A stretch of DNA of 64,000 nucleotides from Folioceros fuciformis (Eukaryota). The position numbers were made by a program, and so were the translations under genes. The stretch covers positions 1 to 64,000 of the forward strand of contig JBNGIO010005877.1 in NCBI GenBank assembly GCA_049999805.1, written 5' to 3'. Positions 1 to 12,902 of this stretch are shown in pieces. Within the stretch, counting starts at the first letter, position 1. Every line of letters starts with the position of its first letter. The notes beneath the pieces were generated by a model. That model saw only the letters and a program-made list of their open reading frames with translations. It did no database searches and was not told the origin of the DNA.

Positions 1-500
1 CCGTGGAAGAGAGCAGCGGCCTCTTTAGCCTGGGCACCGACTGCCAGTCGCCCTCCCTCGTCTCCCAGCGAGGCCCCGTTCTTCTCGCTTGCCGGTGCTG
101 AAGGAATCGTAGCTGCTGCATCCCTAGCACCCACCGCTGGCGCGGCCTCTACACCTTCCATGGCCTCCGCGGAACACATGCACAAATCTGTTTTGGCTCC
201 TAGCAGCTCCCCTTCACACCAGCAAAATTGGAGGGGCCAGCCAAGCCCTAATATAGGAAAAACAGCACCTGTCGGAACCGAAGTTTCGATAGCTTCGGAA
301 AACGTACTATCTAGTGCTAGCTCGAGGCGACAGATCTCAGAACTGCAGCAACAACTTCTTCGACCGGTCACCGGCGATCGTCGGCAAGCAGAGTTTTGCC
401 AGGTGTCGCGTTTCCCAGAGCTGGGGATCGATCTGACGATTGACTTTGCTGGACGAAGATGTCTTGGCTTTTCAGGAGAGATTAAGCATTGCAGCAGAAT
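1..500 (-). CDS. Possible partial exon of an uncharacterised gene running off the left edge
   Basis: One minus-strand frame is stop-free from ~500 to base 1 (...MCSAEAMEGVEAAPAVGARDAAATIPSAPASEKNG...). No recognisable domain. Confidence 0.25.
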   Translation of the reverse strand, partial: MLLQCLISPEKPRHLRPAKSIVRSIPSSGKRDTWQNSACRRSPVTGRRSCCCSSEICRLELALDSTFSEAIETSVPTGAVFPILGLGWPLQFCWCEGELLGAKTDLCMCSAEAMEGVEAAPAVGARDAAATIPSAPASEKNGASLGDEGGRLAVGAQAKEAAALFH

Positions 501-1075
501 CTACGGGATCTCAGACGTTCCATCTTCTCGTGAAGGTGTACGCCAATGATGCAGACACGGCAGACTCCGGCCCAGGCGATGGTTCCTTATGCTCTATTTC
601 CTGCGTAGTGGATGCCCTGTGATCACCGTTTTGTGTCACCTAAGAGAGTACGCTGATGTGCAAGCATGGTTATCCGGGAATGTGAGGCTGATGTGGGGCT
701 GAGGTCGTGGAGGTGATGTTCATTCCGCATCCAGCCGCGAGGAGCTGAAGGTAGCAGTACTGATTTGCGATGAACGGCGCAGGAGAGCCTGCTGGACTCC
801 CAGCATTCACAAGTTAGACACGGTGATGCACAGCCAGGGGCAGGAGCAGCGTCGGCAATTCCAAGTGGTTCGGTCGAAGCGTCGGACATGTAAATAGGTT
901 TTAAGTGGCAGTTTTAATTCACGGCCGTGAGGGAACCCTAAGGGAATTGTTGGAGCTCATTCCTCCATTCACGGCGGGGCTCCATTTCAGCGTCAGGCTT
1001 GTTGACGGTAAAGGCAGCAAGACCCCAGCAGTTCGTTGCAACTGGTAGCAGGGCTAGAGGTAGGGTGGAGCAGCG

Positions 1076-4000
1076 ATGGCGGATGGGGATGATGAGAGAG
1101 ATGAGGAGTGGTTCAAGGAGGTGTATGGGCGGGAGTATACTGGGCCGCCCAGGGCCCCGCGGGACAATCCCCGGGAGGGTGGTGGCAAGGTGACGAAGAA
1201 GAGGTCGACGGGCAACGCTAGCGCTAGCGCTGGTGAGTCTGAGGAAGAAGACGAGGCCCGGGACCCCAATGCTGTGCCTACCGACTTCACCAGTAGGGAG
1301 GCCAAGGTGTGGGAGGCTAAGGCCAAAGCAGTAGAGAGAAACTGGAAGCGCAGGAAAGAGGAGGAGCTCACTTGCCGTATCTGTGGGGAGGTTGGCCATT
1401 TTGCGCAGGTAAGTCAGCATGCTTAAAACAATCTCAAGTGCGCGGCAGGCGCGGTGTGGGGCTCCCTGAGAGCCGGTCCTCTCTTGCTTTCTGCTCCTAG
1501 TTGGGAACCTATAAGGCACCTCCACCGCGTATGTAAAGACATCGTGCCGCGGTCCGGCTCTCTGAAACTAGCAGCGGATTGCACTATGGGATACACTAGT
1601 AGCAGCTGCAGCCGGGTGGGCACCCGTGCTGCAGCAGGCCTGGTGTTTTTGGGGTTTTGTATTGGGGTTACGGTGGCACTGATCATCTGAACAGTTTTTA
1701 TATCTCCTTCTGCAGGGTTGTCCGACCACTTTAGGAGGCAATCCGCGCAAACCAGGTGAGGTGGTGGAAAGAATAACCTTAAGGGACAAGCGACTGAGGC
1801 CACGCTTGATTGGGACTGGGGGCACTGTAATACAGACTATTGAGAAAGATACAGGGTGTCGGCTGAAGCTGGAAGATAACCTTACCGTGGGGCATGGAGC
1901 CTTCTTTGTCAAGATTACAGGACCTGATAAACATAGTGTGTCTAAGGCCGCGGATGCGGTCAATAAGTTGGTGGATCAGGTGGAAGATGAGTGGAAACAG
2001 CAGAATACCAGACGCTCCCAAGGCTCTTTCCGTGGATCTTCAGTGAACTCTTTAATCGCTGCGCAGATGCAGCACATTGCTGTTCAAAGACTCCATCATT
2101 CACCAGGTGTATCGTCTGGTCCTGGACGTGGTGAAGGTCCCCCACCCCTGGATGAGGACAAGCGCACAATTGAGCACATTGCTTCTCAGCTGGAGGCTCG
2201 TAGGCATTGGGAAGCCGTTTCTGGCTCGTCCCAAGGCTTAAATGGATCTGGATCCTCGCCTTCGTTCTCGTACAAAGAGGGTGAGACCCAGTTTTCCATT
2301 GCCCCCTAACTCTTTTTTTTAGTAGCTTGATGGACGGTGCCATGTAGAACCTTTAGTCAATATGGATGGGAACGTAGAAATAGGCTCCGCTGGCCTATGA
2401 GCAGTGCCATCCTGAAGCTGACTCTCGGGTTGGATTATCGATGTAGTAGCTGGAGGATAACCATCTCAAGGTAAGTCTCTGCATGACCCGTCCACAGCTG
2501 CTTGCCAAGGAGGTCGTTCCTAGTTCCCTGCAGTTGTCTGTCCCGAAGATCAATGTCCCTATGAGATGGAGCCCTGGGGGCAAAGAGGGTGTACGTGAGG
2601 CTGGAAATTGTTGCGGATACAATCATCCCAGGGATTTTCATTATAACGAAGCCGAGTTCTTTTTGTTCTACTTCTGGTTATGTAGCTCTTCTGTGGGTCA
2701 TAGGCTTTATCTGCCGGGGCACGTTGGGATCTCGCCGACCTTACCCTTTCCTCATTTCTTGAAGGCCGAGGTGCTTCTGGAGCTGGGAGTATTCAACCGC
2801 AGTTTGCTGTTAAAGGCTCTGGGACACCAGCACTAGATGGAGCTGCCTACTACCATGGGGCAAACCAGGAAAGTGGTCCCTTTCAGGGTGGCAACTCCAC
2901 TCAAGAGCAAGAACAGGATATGGATCTTGGATATGAAGAGCAATCCGTTCCTCAGTCTCTTGAGGAGCTGGAGCAACGGTTTTTGCAAGAAACTATTGAT
3001 CTTACTAAAGATCAGACTGTGGAAGAGGATAAAGAGAATGTCAGGCACCGAGAGGTAACTACCCATTCTCTGTTTCGTCATATCATGTCTGGAGAGGTCT
3101 GTACACTAGGGAGCAGATGTGGCTGAAGAATAATGTATGGGCAAAGGTGTTAGTAGTCAGTAGCTGTTGAACAGTATGACATGAATGTCATGTCCACTGT
3201 TTTTTGTTGGGAGTTGCACCAGTGGGCTCCTCTGGTGAGTCTGTTTTGTTGACGTGTTCCTGATCAAGACTCTCAGGGTTGAAGGACTTGATCTTTGTGT
3301 TGATGTTGCATTGCTGCTACAATGGCTCCGTCCAGGTAGGTTTCTTACCAACGGGGACAGTAGTTCTTGCCTGCGTCGGTGCCTATCGAGTAATTTTGCT
3401 CTTCAAAGCAGTCATGATAATCCAAGCTCTGTCCACTCGTATCTCAACTTTCTTCTTAGTTTCATTTAAGGCATCAATCGGTTCGCTGATCAACCTCTTG
3501 AGGTCTGTGCTATAAAATGACTCTTGAGGTCTGTGCTATATGTGTGTGTCGTACTGTCCCTGCATCTCTGATTCTTGATTAACTCTCTTCTTGTTTTTGT
3601 TCACACTTCTCACTTAAACGTTCTTGGTGGGATGTCGCTGAGTGACTTGCGTCGGGAAAAGATTTTGGGGACATAGCTATTCGCTCTGAACTTGTGGAAT
3701 GACTTGCTTCCGTAGATGCCTCTAATACTGGGCTGATCGCTGCCTTGTGGTCACAGCATATAAGAGACATTCAGGAGCAGTATCAGCAGAAGATGACAAC
3801 CCTGAGGAACAAGCACGCCAAACAACGGGAGGAGTACCTGCGGCATGAAGCCCAATTGAGGCAGCAACAATATCAGCAAAATTCTTACTTTTACAGCGGT
3901 GGAGGTGCCCTTCCGTCAGGACGATCACTCTCCAACTTCAACGGTGGTAGTTACGACCTGCGAAATCATCTATCCGGCTCCGATGGAGCAGCATATGATT

Positions 4001-4140
4001 CGTACAAGGACGGGTTGTCTCACCTCGGTGGTCATTCTTTCACCAGGAAGGGCTTTGATAGTGGCAACGGCTACAGTGGAAATCAAGGTTACGACTCCTC
4101 TTACTATAGTTCCTCGCAGGCATATCAATCTTATGGTTGA
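1076..4140 (+). CDS. Zinc-knuckle (CCHC) + KH-domain RNA-binding protein, 4 exons
   Basis: Exons ~1076-1408, 1716-2280, 2887-3054, 3757-4140 with GT-AG borders. Splicing completes CRICGEVGHFAQ|GC (CX2CX4HX4C), followed by KH-like RLIGTGG...IEKDTGC and a coiled-coil/Q-rich C-terminus. Confidence 0.85.
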
Positions 4141-4800
4141 TATCTCAACTGTCATATTCAGTGTTGTACAGAGGACTTGCCCTGCCGGTTGACTGATGAC
4201 TGACTATACGGACCCCTGGGGTTCCAGTTTGAGCGTCGCATCACAGCTCGTCAAGGAGCATAGAGAAAAAGCTTGAATCTACCGCAGGGCCTGACCGTCC
4301 ACCTTGGAGCAAACCGGACAAGATGTTTGATTCGTACAATCGCTTGGCTGCTAGTTGTTGCAGCAGACCAACCTCGTTCCCAATGTGAGCGCATCGGATC
4401 TTTTCGGAACGCATATCCATTGCGAAATTGTAAATGACGCCCTTCGATGCTCTCCGTGGGAGTCCATTTTGTCCTTAAAAGGCTACCCTTCAATGTGGGC
4501 ACGGAAGCGAAGCCAGTTGATATGGGTGCCGTTTCCTGAGAGTCTAAAAGTCTCCTGGTCGCACGAGTCAGAGTTGCCGTGACCTCGCTGTGCTTTAGGC
4601 ACTTGCTTTCTTAAGCTGAGCTCTGGTCACAATCTTTCTCCTATTTCATCGGCCGTGTTATCAAGTTATATCTAAAGTCGTTTTCGGTGAGGAAACCGCG
4701 AACTCACTGTCCATCAATTTCATGGTGGCTCCCTCACCGCTTGATCGAGTGATTTGCTTGGCAACCTCCCAGGACAATCGCTGCTAGTCATAGCGTGAGT

Positions 4801-7800
4801 ATGAAGCTCGGTAAAGGACACGCAGCCCTTGTGACGGGTGCAGGCTCTGGAATTGGTATGTTCGACCCCCTGAATTCCGAATCGCACGTCTCCTGTCCCA
4901 TCACTCGTTTAATTCTTTCGGATCCTTTGGAGCCATCTTTGGGATTCTTTCGGTTTGCCTTGGGCTGTCGGGCAGGAAGTATCTTCAAAGGGAAACTGTT
5001 TTGAAGATGTCTAAGTGCTAACAGAATGCTTGTCTGCTGATCTATCGTTGTGGGATTGTCTACAGGTAGGGCCTTGTCTCTGGCATTGTCAAAGAATGGT
5101 GTAAGCCTGTCCCTTCTAGATCTGTCAGAAAAGGGAGGTCTGGAGACGTTTGAGCTCGTGAAATCAGAGCACGCCAAATTACAATTATTTAATGCGGCCA
5201 TCTTCGTGAAGTGCAATGTTTCAATCCCAGGTACGCTGGCTTGACAACTTTGGGCTTTGAACTCTCAGCCCCACGTTTTTGCCACCATTTCCAATTGTGA
5301 TGCTCTTCCTGCTGAAGGTGTTGCCTTTGTCTTCTGACAAGCAGAACAACTGGCCAATGGATTTGCTGTCCATAAGTCCACTTTTGGGAGGTTGGATCTC
5401 TGCGTGAACAATGCTGGCATCGGTGAATGGGAGTCTTTTACTGACGATCAAAGCAGCGATGGAAAAGGATCCTGGAGAACAGTAGTGGATGTTAACTTTG
5501 TGTCTGTGATTGATGGGACACGTCTTGCGGTAGGTAGCATATGTCTATTAGCCCTGCTCCTGTTGCCAATTGAAGTTTCAGATTCTTTAGTGATTGCTCT
5601 GCCTTCATGCTAGAAGCAAAGAATGACGAAAGACTGGCTAACAGATTGGTTGCTGATGGTTCCTTAGATCAATATGATGCAAGAAAGTGGTCAGGGAGGA
5701 ACAGTTTTGAACATAGCTTCAGCTTCTGGGCTTTATCCTGCGCACTTTATGCCAATCTATTCTTCGACGAAAAGTACACAGCCTCGCCTGTTGTTTTTTG
5801 GGTGCTGAGGAATCGTTTCTTGTTGATGTATACCAGTACTTACCGCGCCCTTCTGGCTTGGTATTTTTCGCTTTGAAGGTGGCGTGGTGATGTTCTCAAG
5901 ATCTCTTTCGAAGCTTAAAAGTAAAGGCATTCGAGTGAACGCTATATGTCCCGAGGTTGGTTTGTCCCGCTCGCAATTCGCCTTCCCATTGCCTGATGGA
6001 TGATCTTTACATATTTCTGCTGAATCACTTACTGGCATAATGCGTTTGCAGTTTGTTGAAACTGAGATGACTAGGCGGCTTGACCAAGGAGTAATCGCAG
6101 CTTCTAATGGCTTCATTAGTATGGAACGATTGGTGCAAGGTGAAAACTTGACCTCTGTGTCCGGTCGTTGGAGCTCTGTTTCCATGATGAGACACGTCGT
6201 TTTCTGGAGTTTCTCAGATGTCCTCAGCCCCTGAGGGCGTCCAGTGTTGTTGTCTTGGAAGTATGCTTGGCCCCGTGGATTATGGCCAAACGCACTGTTC
6301 GATTGCGCAGGTTGTTTTGAGTTAATAGAAGATGACACCAAAGCTGGTCAAGCTCTCTGGATCTCCAACAGGCGCGGCTCCGAGTATTGGCCTTCTTTGG
6401 AGGAAAAGAAGAAATACCTCCTAGCTTTCGCTCCAAAGAAAACCGATGCCCTTTCGGCATCGAAACCTCTGATAAAACCAGCCCCTGTAATTGCAGAAGA
6501 GTACCGGAAAATGTGAGTGGTCTCTTCTGTTCGCAGTCATGGTTGTTATTGGGGGCCCATTGCATCATATCTCAACACGTGGTGGGAGCTGCTGCGCTGC
6601 AGAATCGTGCAAAGGTTGAGCAATGATTTTAGGGGTGCCACAGCAATTGTGACAGTGACCTTTAAACCTCCAGTGGAGCCTGGGCATGTACTTATCAGGC
6701 ACTTGTATGCCGGAGTCAATGCCAGTGATGTAAGTAGATTCTTTTCAAGTGGCTATTGATTTTCAGTACTTACAATTGGGCATAGCCCCCAGGTCTACCA
6801 GTGCTGCTTTTTCAGCAACGAACTGATCTGTCTGAAAGGTCTCAGATAGGGGACTTATTTCATTTTGTGATCTTCCTCCACCACAGGTGAACTTCAGTGC
6901 TGGACGGTATTTTGGTAGTGAAAAGTCCGCAGCAGCTCTTCTCCCATTCGACGCTGGGTTTGAGGTGAATCATGCCGGACCAGCTCTTTAGAAGTCCAAG
7001 AACAGTAGATGTTATTTGGAAGATCTTGGGCTGAGCGGTACAGTTTGCAGACCGTTGGAATTGTTGCAGGTTTGGGAGAGGGTGTGACAACAACAGAACT
7101 GGCACTGGGCTCACCTGTTGCAACCATTACCTATGGAGGCTTCGCAGAGTTTGGACAGGTCTGAAACCTTCTGTCTCCCTCTATGGGATGGTTTCTTCCT
7201 GGGCTACATTCATCGTGTTCTGCATTTACAGGTGGCTGCCAACTATGTGATTCCCGTACCTGCAGCCATCCCAGAGGTTGTTGCTTTGTTGACTTCAGGA
7301 TTAACTGCCTCAATAGCTCTAGACGAGGTTGGAGCTCTCCACTCAAACTTCTGCCATTTATCAGGGAGAATACATTGACTAATCTAAGAGTTTGATGCGT
7401 AGGCTGGGAAAATGAAATCCGGCGAGACAGTTCTTGTCACTGCTGCTGCCGGAGGAACTGGACAATTTGCGGTCCAGGTAAGCTTGCGAGGACAAGAGGT
7501 CCAGGTTAGAGCGTAGAATGAGACTTATGGGTTTAGGGTTTGGTGAATTTAGTCTCCAGACATGTAATGGCTCAAGTCTCAGTACATTGTTTGCCTCTTT
7601 CCCTGACCAGTTAGCAAGACTTGCTGGCAACAAAGTAATTGCAACCTGCGGAGGATCTGTGAAAGCTGAACTGCTGCGGAACTTGGGTTCGCAACGTGTG
7701 ATTGACTATCACCAGGAGGACGTCAAATCTGTTGGGTTTCTACCTCATCCACCACTAATTTTAAATTGATTTTAGCTCGCCTTGTAGTTTCTCTTCTATG

Positions 7801-8653
7801 GTCATAAAGCGAATGTTTACTGCAGGTTTTGAAGGAAGAATTCCCCAAAGGTGTGGATTTGATATACGAATCGGTGGGTGGTCAACTGTTTAGCACTTGC
7901 TTGGATGCTCTAGCCGTGAAGGGCAGGCTCATTGTCATCGGCATGATTTCTCAGGTATATGAACTGAATAAAAAATGCGAGGTTTGTGTGAAACGATCTG
8001 GTACAGTATACATTCATGGGGACCTTCCCAAAGTATTCACTTTGCAAAGGATGTGCTCGCAGTATCAGGGACCAAATGGCTGGCAGCCCTCGAGCTACCC
8101 TGGGCTCTGTGAGAAACTTCTGTGGAAATCGCAAACCGTGGTATGTATGTACACGTTATCCCTGATGGCCAGCGCCTTCCGATACCAAATAATGGGAGTA
8201 TTGTACTTTCAGCTATGTCACGAGCTGCTGCTTGTACGACAGGTCGGATTTTTCCTTAACAACCACACGAAGCTTTGGCGGGACCATTTGAAGAAACTGT
8301 ATGAGCTGTACAACGCCAAGGCCTTGAAGGCAAGTTATTACGTGCCATTCCACCAGCCAAGTTTATCATGACCGCAGAGTTCGGGAGATTGTTGATTTGT
8401 TTGCGTCGATCCTTGACAGGTGGCACTGGATCCAACGCCGTTCACAGGCTTAGAGTCGGTGGCGGATGCTGTCGAGTACCTCCACTCCGGACGAAGCGCA
8501 GGAAAGGTAGTCCTAACGGTGGTGTTTTCCCGGACGCTTGGGACGTACCTACTTTTTGGGGACTCATCAAATTAGAGCTTCGTGCGTTGTGTGATGTAGG
8601 TGGTAGTACGGATATCCTTGGATGCCCCTCCGGTGCAACAATCTCGTCTATAG
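4801..8653 (+). CDS. NQR: Short-chain dehydrogenase + MDR/quinone oxidoreductase fusion (ARP/NQR-like), peroxisomal
   Basis: [16 protein letters not shown] and YSSTK (SDR motifs), then [20 protein letters not shown] and [11 protein letters not shown] (MDR motifs). Many short introns. Last exon 8600-8653 ends QQSRL* (PTS1). Confidence 0.9.
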
Positions 8654-9187
8654 GCCGACAAGTTTGCACGGCTAGTTCTGGTATGCATCTGGCGGACGAT
8701 CATCCTGCGATGAAAGTACATAAAGGTTTCTGTTCGATTCCCTTATCCATGTGTACGTAGAGTACGTAGATAGGGTCTTTCATGGGCGCTTTGGAGAGGT
8801 CTTGCGGATTTTGTGAGCTTTTCCAGACATAGCTCCTGATAACTCCTCCTCTAGCGTGACCTAACGGTACCCCTGCACCTTCTCGCCGTCCATCTGATAG
8901 TGAACTCAGCATGTGATGAAGACTGCTGAATGTTCGGCCTCTGTGCATTCAAAGTTTTGCGGTGAGTATACTGAGTTACGTATGTCGCCTCTTCTTTTTA
9001 GAGTCATCATATGAATCTTAATCACAGCAACGAAGGAAGAAGGTCTCACACACTAATATGCACTAAGCATCCTTCTCGCCATTGGAATCATATGCGGGAC
9101 TGACGTGCCGGATAGCTAAAATGGAGGTGTGGAAGTTGCTCATGGAAGGAATGCTGGGCTGAGCAACAAATCCTGCAACTCGCCGAT

Positions 9188-12100
9188 TTAGGAGCCGGCG
9201 CACGCCTGTATACAAATCTGCGAACTTTTCACAATGACTCTAGGCTTCTTATGAGGAATGATGCTAAGGATATGTGAGACAGCCAGCTTCCCCCTGAGCA
9301 CACGGGGATCCTCTTCCTTCGTACAGTCGTCTGGTATCCCTGCTGGTGACGAGTTCACATCTATTTGCTTCCTCATTTTAAGAGATGTGTGCTTCAGCCT
9401 TGATTGGCTTTTGAAATTATTCTTGTCACCAACCAAAAAACTATGCACTCGTCCTTCCAAGTCTGTCCACCAACTCTGGCCTGGCTGCTTCCATGCCTTG
9501 ATTCCTACCCTCCTTGCCTGCATCCCTTGTGCCTGCTCCCACATGTGAGCAGCGGTGTATACGTTTGCCATCAACACATAGGCTGCATCGTCCTTCTTGT
9601 CGAGCTCCACTGCTTGCTCGAAAGCATCGCGTCCCAACTCCACGTTGCTCCACCTGCAACAAGCACCCAGTAGAGTGTGCCAAATCGCAGAAGTGGGCGG
9701 TACAGGCATCGCCCTTACCAAAGCTAGTGCCTCATGAAGTTGGCCTGCACGGCCCAAGAGATCCACCATGCATGTGTAGTGCTCTACCGTGGGACTGATG
9801 CCGTCGATTCTGCTCATATCGTCAAAGTATTCTCTACCCCTGCTCACTAGACCCGCATGACTGCATACTGTTAGTATGCTAACATACGTGATGCCGACTG
9901 GCCGTATGCAATCCTCTCTCATTCTCTGGAACAAGTGAAAGACCAATTCACTGTCTCCTTGGCTGGTGTATCCTGCAATAAGTGCACTCCAGGTGAAAAC
10001 ATCTTTTTCAGGCAATGCATCAAACACTTCCTGTGCCTCACTCATGCTTCCACACTTTCCATACATGTTTATCAAACAACCTGCTACACACAAATCAGCC
10101 TTCAGCCCGTGTTCTTGGAGCTGTGCATGTAGATGTCTTCCCATATGCAAAGCCGCCACGCTCGCACATGCCTGCAGAAGGCACACAAATGTCACAGAAT
10201 CGGGCACACACATTCCTTCGTCTTGCATGGCGTTGTACAGACGGAGAGCTTCCTGTCCCATCCCCTGCTGGGAATACCCTGCAATGAGAGCATTCCAAGC
10301 CACCACATCCTTGTGTGCAAGATCGTCAAACACTCTCTGAGCATCTTCCAAGCTGCCACACTTTGCATACATGTTGACCAGGCTGTTGGCTAGAAAAACA
10401 TCAGCCTGATGCCCTCCTGCTCTGATTTCTGCGTGCAGCTGCTTCCCTTTCTTCAAAGCTGGATTGCCCATAGTCGCACATGCCTGCAGGACAGACAAGA
10501 AGGTCACAGAATCTGGTACGGCAGTACTGTCTTCTCGCATATCACTGTAGAGACGAAGGGCTTCCTGGCACATCATCTGGTGGGAATACGCTGCTATTAA
10601 GGCATTCCAAGTTACCACATCTTTTTGACCAAGTTCATCAAACACTCTTTGAGCGTCTTCTAAGCTGCCACACTTTGCGTACATGTTTACCAGACTGTTT
10701 CCGACGAACGGATCTGCTTCATGACCTTGATTTCTTATTCGTGTATGAAGCTGCCTCCCCTTCCCCAATGCTGAGGCGCCAACACTTGCACATGCCTGCA
10801 GGAGGCACACAAATGTTACAGAATTTGGCAAAACAATGCATTCTTCCTGCATAAGAGTATAGAGACGAAGAGCTTCCTGCCCCCTGCCCTGCTGGGCATA
10901 CCCTCCAATAAGAGCAGTCCAGGTAACACCATCTTTTTGGACAAGCCCGTCAAACACACGCTGAGCATCTTCCAAGCTGCCACACTTTGCATACATGTTC
11001 ACCAAACTGCTAGCTACGAATGCATCAGTTTCATGTCCTCGTTCTCTAATTTGTACATGAAGCTGCTTTCCCACTTCCAAAGCTGAGTTACCCACACTTG
11101 CACTTGCCTGCAGGAGGCACATAAATGTTACAGAATTGGGAATAGCGACGCCCTCTGCTAGCATATCCCTGTACAGACGAAGGGCTTCCACGCCATTGCC
11201 CTGTTGGGAATATCCTGCAATCAGAGCAGTCCACGTCACCACCTCTTTTTGAACAAGTCCGTCAAAAACTCTCTGAGCGTCTTCCAAGCTGCCACACTTT
11301 GCATACATGTTAACCAAACTGCTGGCTACAAACGCGTCAGCTTGATGTCCTCGTCCTCTGATGTGCGCATGAAGCTGCCTCCCCATCTCCAGAGCCGGGT
11401 TGCCCACGCTTGCACATGCTTGCAGGAGGGACACAAATGTGACGAGGTTGGGTTCAGTGCTGCCTTCTTCTTGCATGACACTATAAAGACCCAGAGCTTT
11501 GTGCCCCAGGCCCAGCTGCGAATAGCCTGCTATCATGGTATTCCACGTTACCACATTTTTTATACCAAGTCCATCAAACACTCTTTCAGCATCTTCTAAG
11601 CTGCCACATTTCGAGTACATGCTCACCAAGCAGTTACAGACAAACAAATCAGGCTCCATTCCACTTGCCAAAACATCGGCATGCAACTGTTGCCCTGTCT
11701 CCAAGTCCGATCCCCTTGCACAAGCCTGAAGGGCCGCAACGAATACATGGCCATCTGGCTTCACACCTGATCTGCGCATACGATGATACAGTTCTATGGC
11801 CTGTTTGTCCTGTCCTTGTTTGACATGGGCAGAGATTATGGATGACCACATGAAGGCATCTGGATGGGCAACCGCTTGAAACACATCCAACGCGTCTTGC
11901 AACCTGCCATGAGAAGCATACATTCTCATAATGTGGTTGCACAGGAACGTGTCCGTCTCATACCCCATTCCCAACGTTAAAGCGTGAACACGGCGACCCA
12001 GAACAAGGTCATTCTTTTCTACACATCTTTTTAGCACACTATACACGAGAGATCTGGGAATAGCAGTTTTCGCCTGCACCAGAACTCCAAGGGCCTCGAC

Positions 12101-12567
12101 AGCTTCATCGAGATAGCCCTCATGACAGAGCTGGCTCAGCATTTCAGCCGTCACACACTTTGCACGATTTACAAGGTCAGGATCTCCCGGTAAGCTCCAG
12201 CTGGATATGGAGGCCCGTCGGCTCTTGTCCACATTCGGAGTACCAAGCTCGGCATTGACCAAAGTCATTTTCTTCAATTGGTTCGGCCAGAGGACATCCT
12301 GTGACTCACCCACCATACCAGAAACCAAACCAACAGAGATCTTCTTATCATGTCGCCGCAAGCAGTCCTGCGTTCAACCGTCCCTGCAAGATCCCCGTAT
12401 CCAGCCAGGTATCCTCTTGAGCAAGTGGAATCCGTTGGATAGGTGTTGCGCCTTGCGGATTCGGTGTTTGAGGTAGCTTCGGATAATCGACCGCTTGGTT
12501 GGGTCCACGACAGCTGTCCCCATGACAAATCCTGGCACCATGCAATCGGAACGCACGAGATAGTCAT
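9188..12567 (-). CDS. PLS-class PPR protein, E1/E2 + WW-type PG box + degenerate DYW domain
   Basis: Long ORF 9188-12361 with P-L-S triplets, E domains and KQPGQSWWTD. The tail lacks the HxE and CxxC residues. The likely true start ATG at 12567 lies in another frame (5' end uncertain). Confidence 0.9.
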
Positions 12568-12902
12568 GGCTTGTCCGGTGCCTGTTGGCACAGCAGGCTC
12601 CGCTGAGAAGATTCGTGCTAGTTGAAGATTTTCTTCAACCGCCACGCTTACCGTTGTTCGTTTCTGGACCAGTCTAGCTACTGACTGTATTGATTGGACG
12701 CTACGGGGGCTGAACATGTCTAATCTCCATGCGTGGATGGGCTTCCAATGATTCCACGAAAAGGTGCGCGTGGGTGCTGGGAATGGCAATGAAAACGAGA
12801 ATCAGAGGCACAGCAAGCGTGGTGAATTCGTCGACTGATCCGGTGCAATTGCTTAGCTTCCGCCTCCTCCGTATGTAGGCTCAGAGGCTGCACTTACGAG
12901 CC

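Noticed and set aside
3495..3540. 20-bp direct repeat CTCTTGAGGTCTGTGCTATA
   Set aside because: Small intronic slippage duplication with no sign of function.
4801..8653. SDR-MDR two-domain fusion as a novelty
   Set aside because: Already known in plants (ARP/NQR-type peroxisomal protein).
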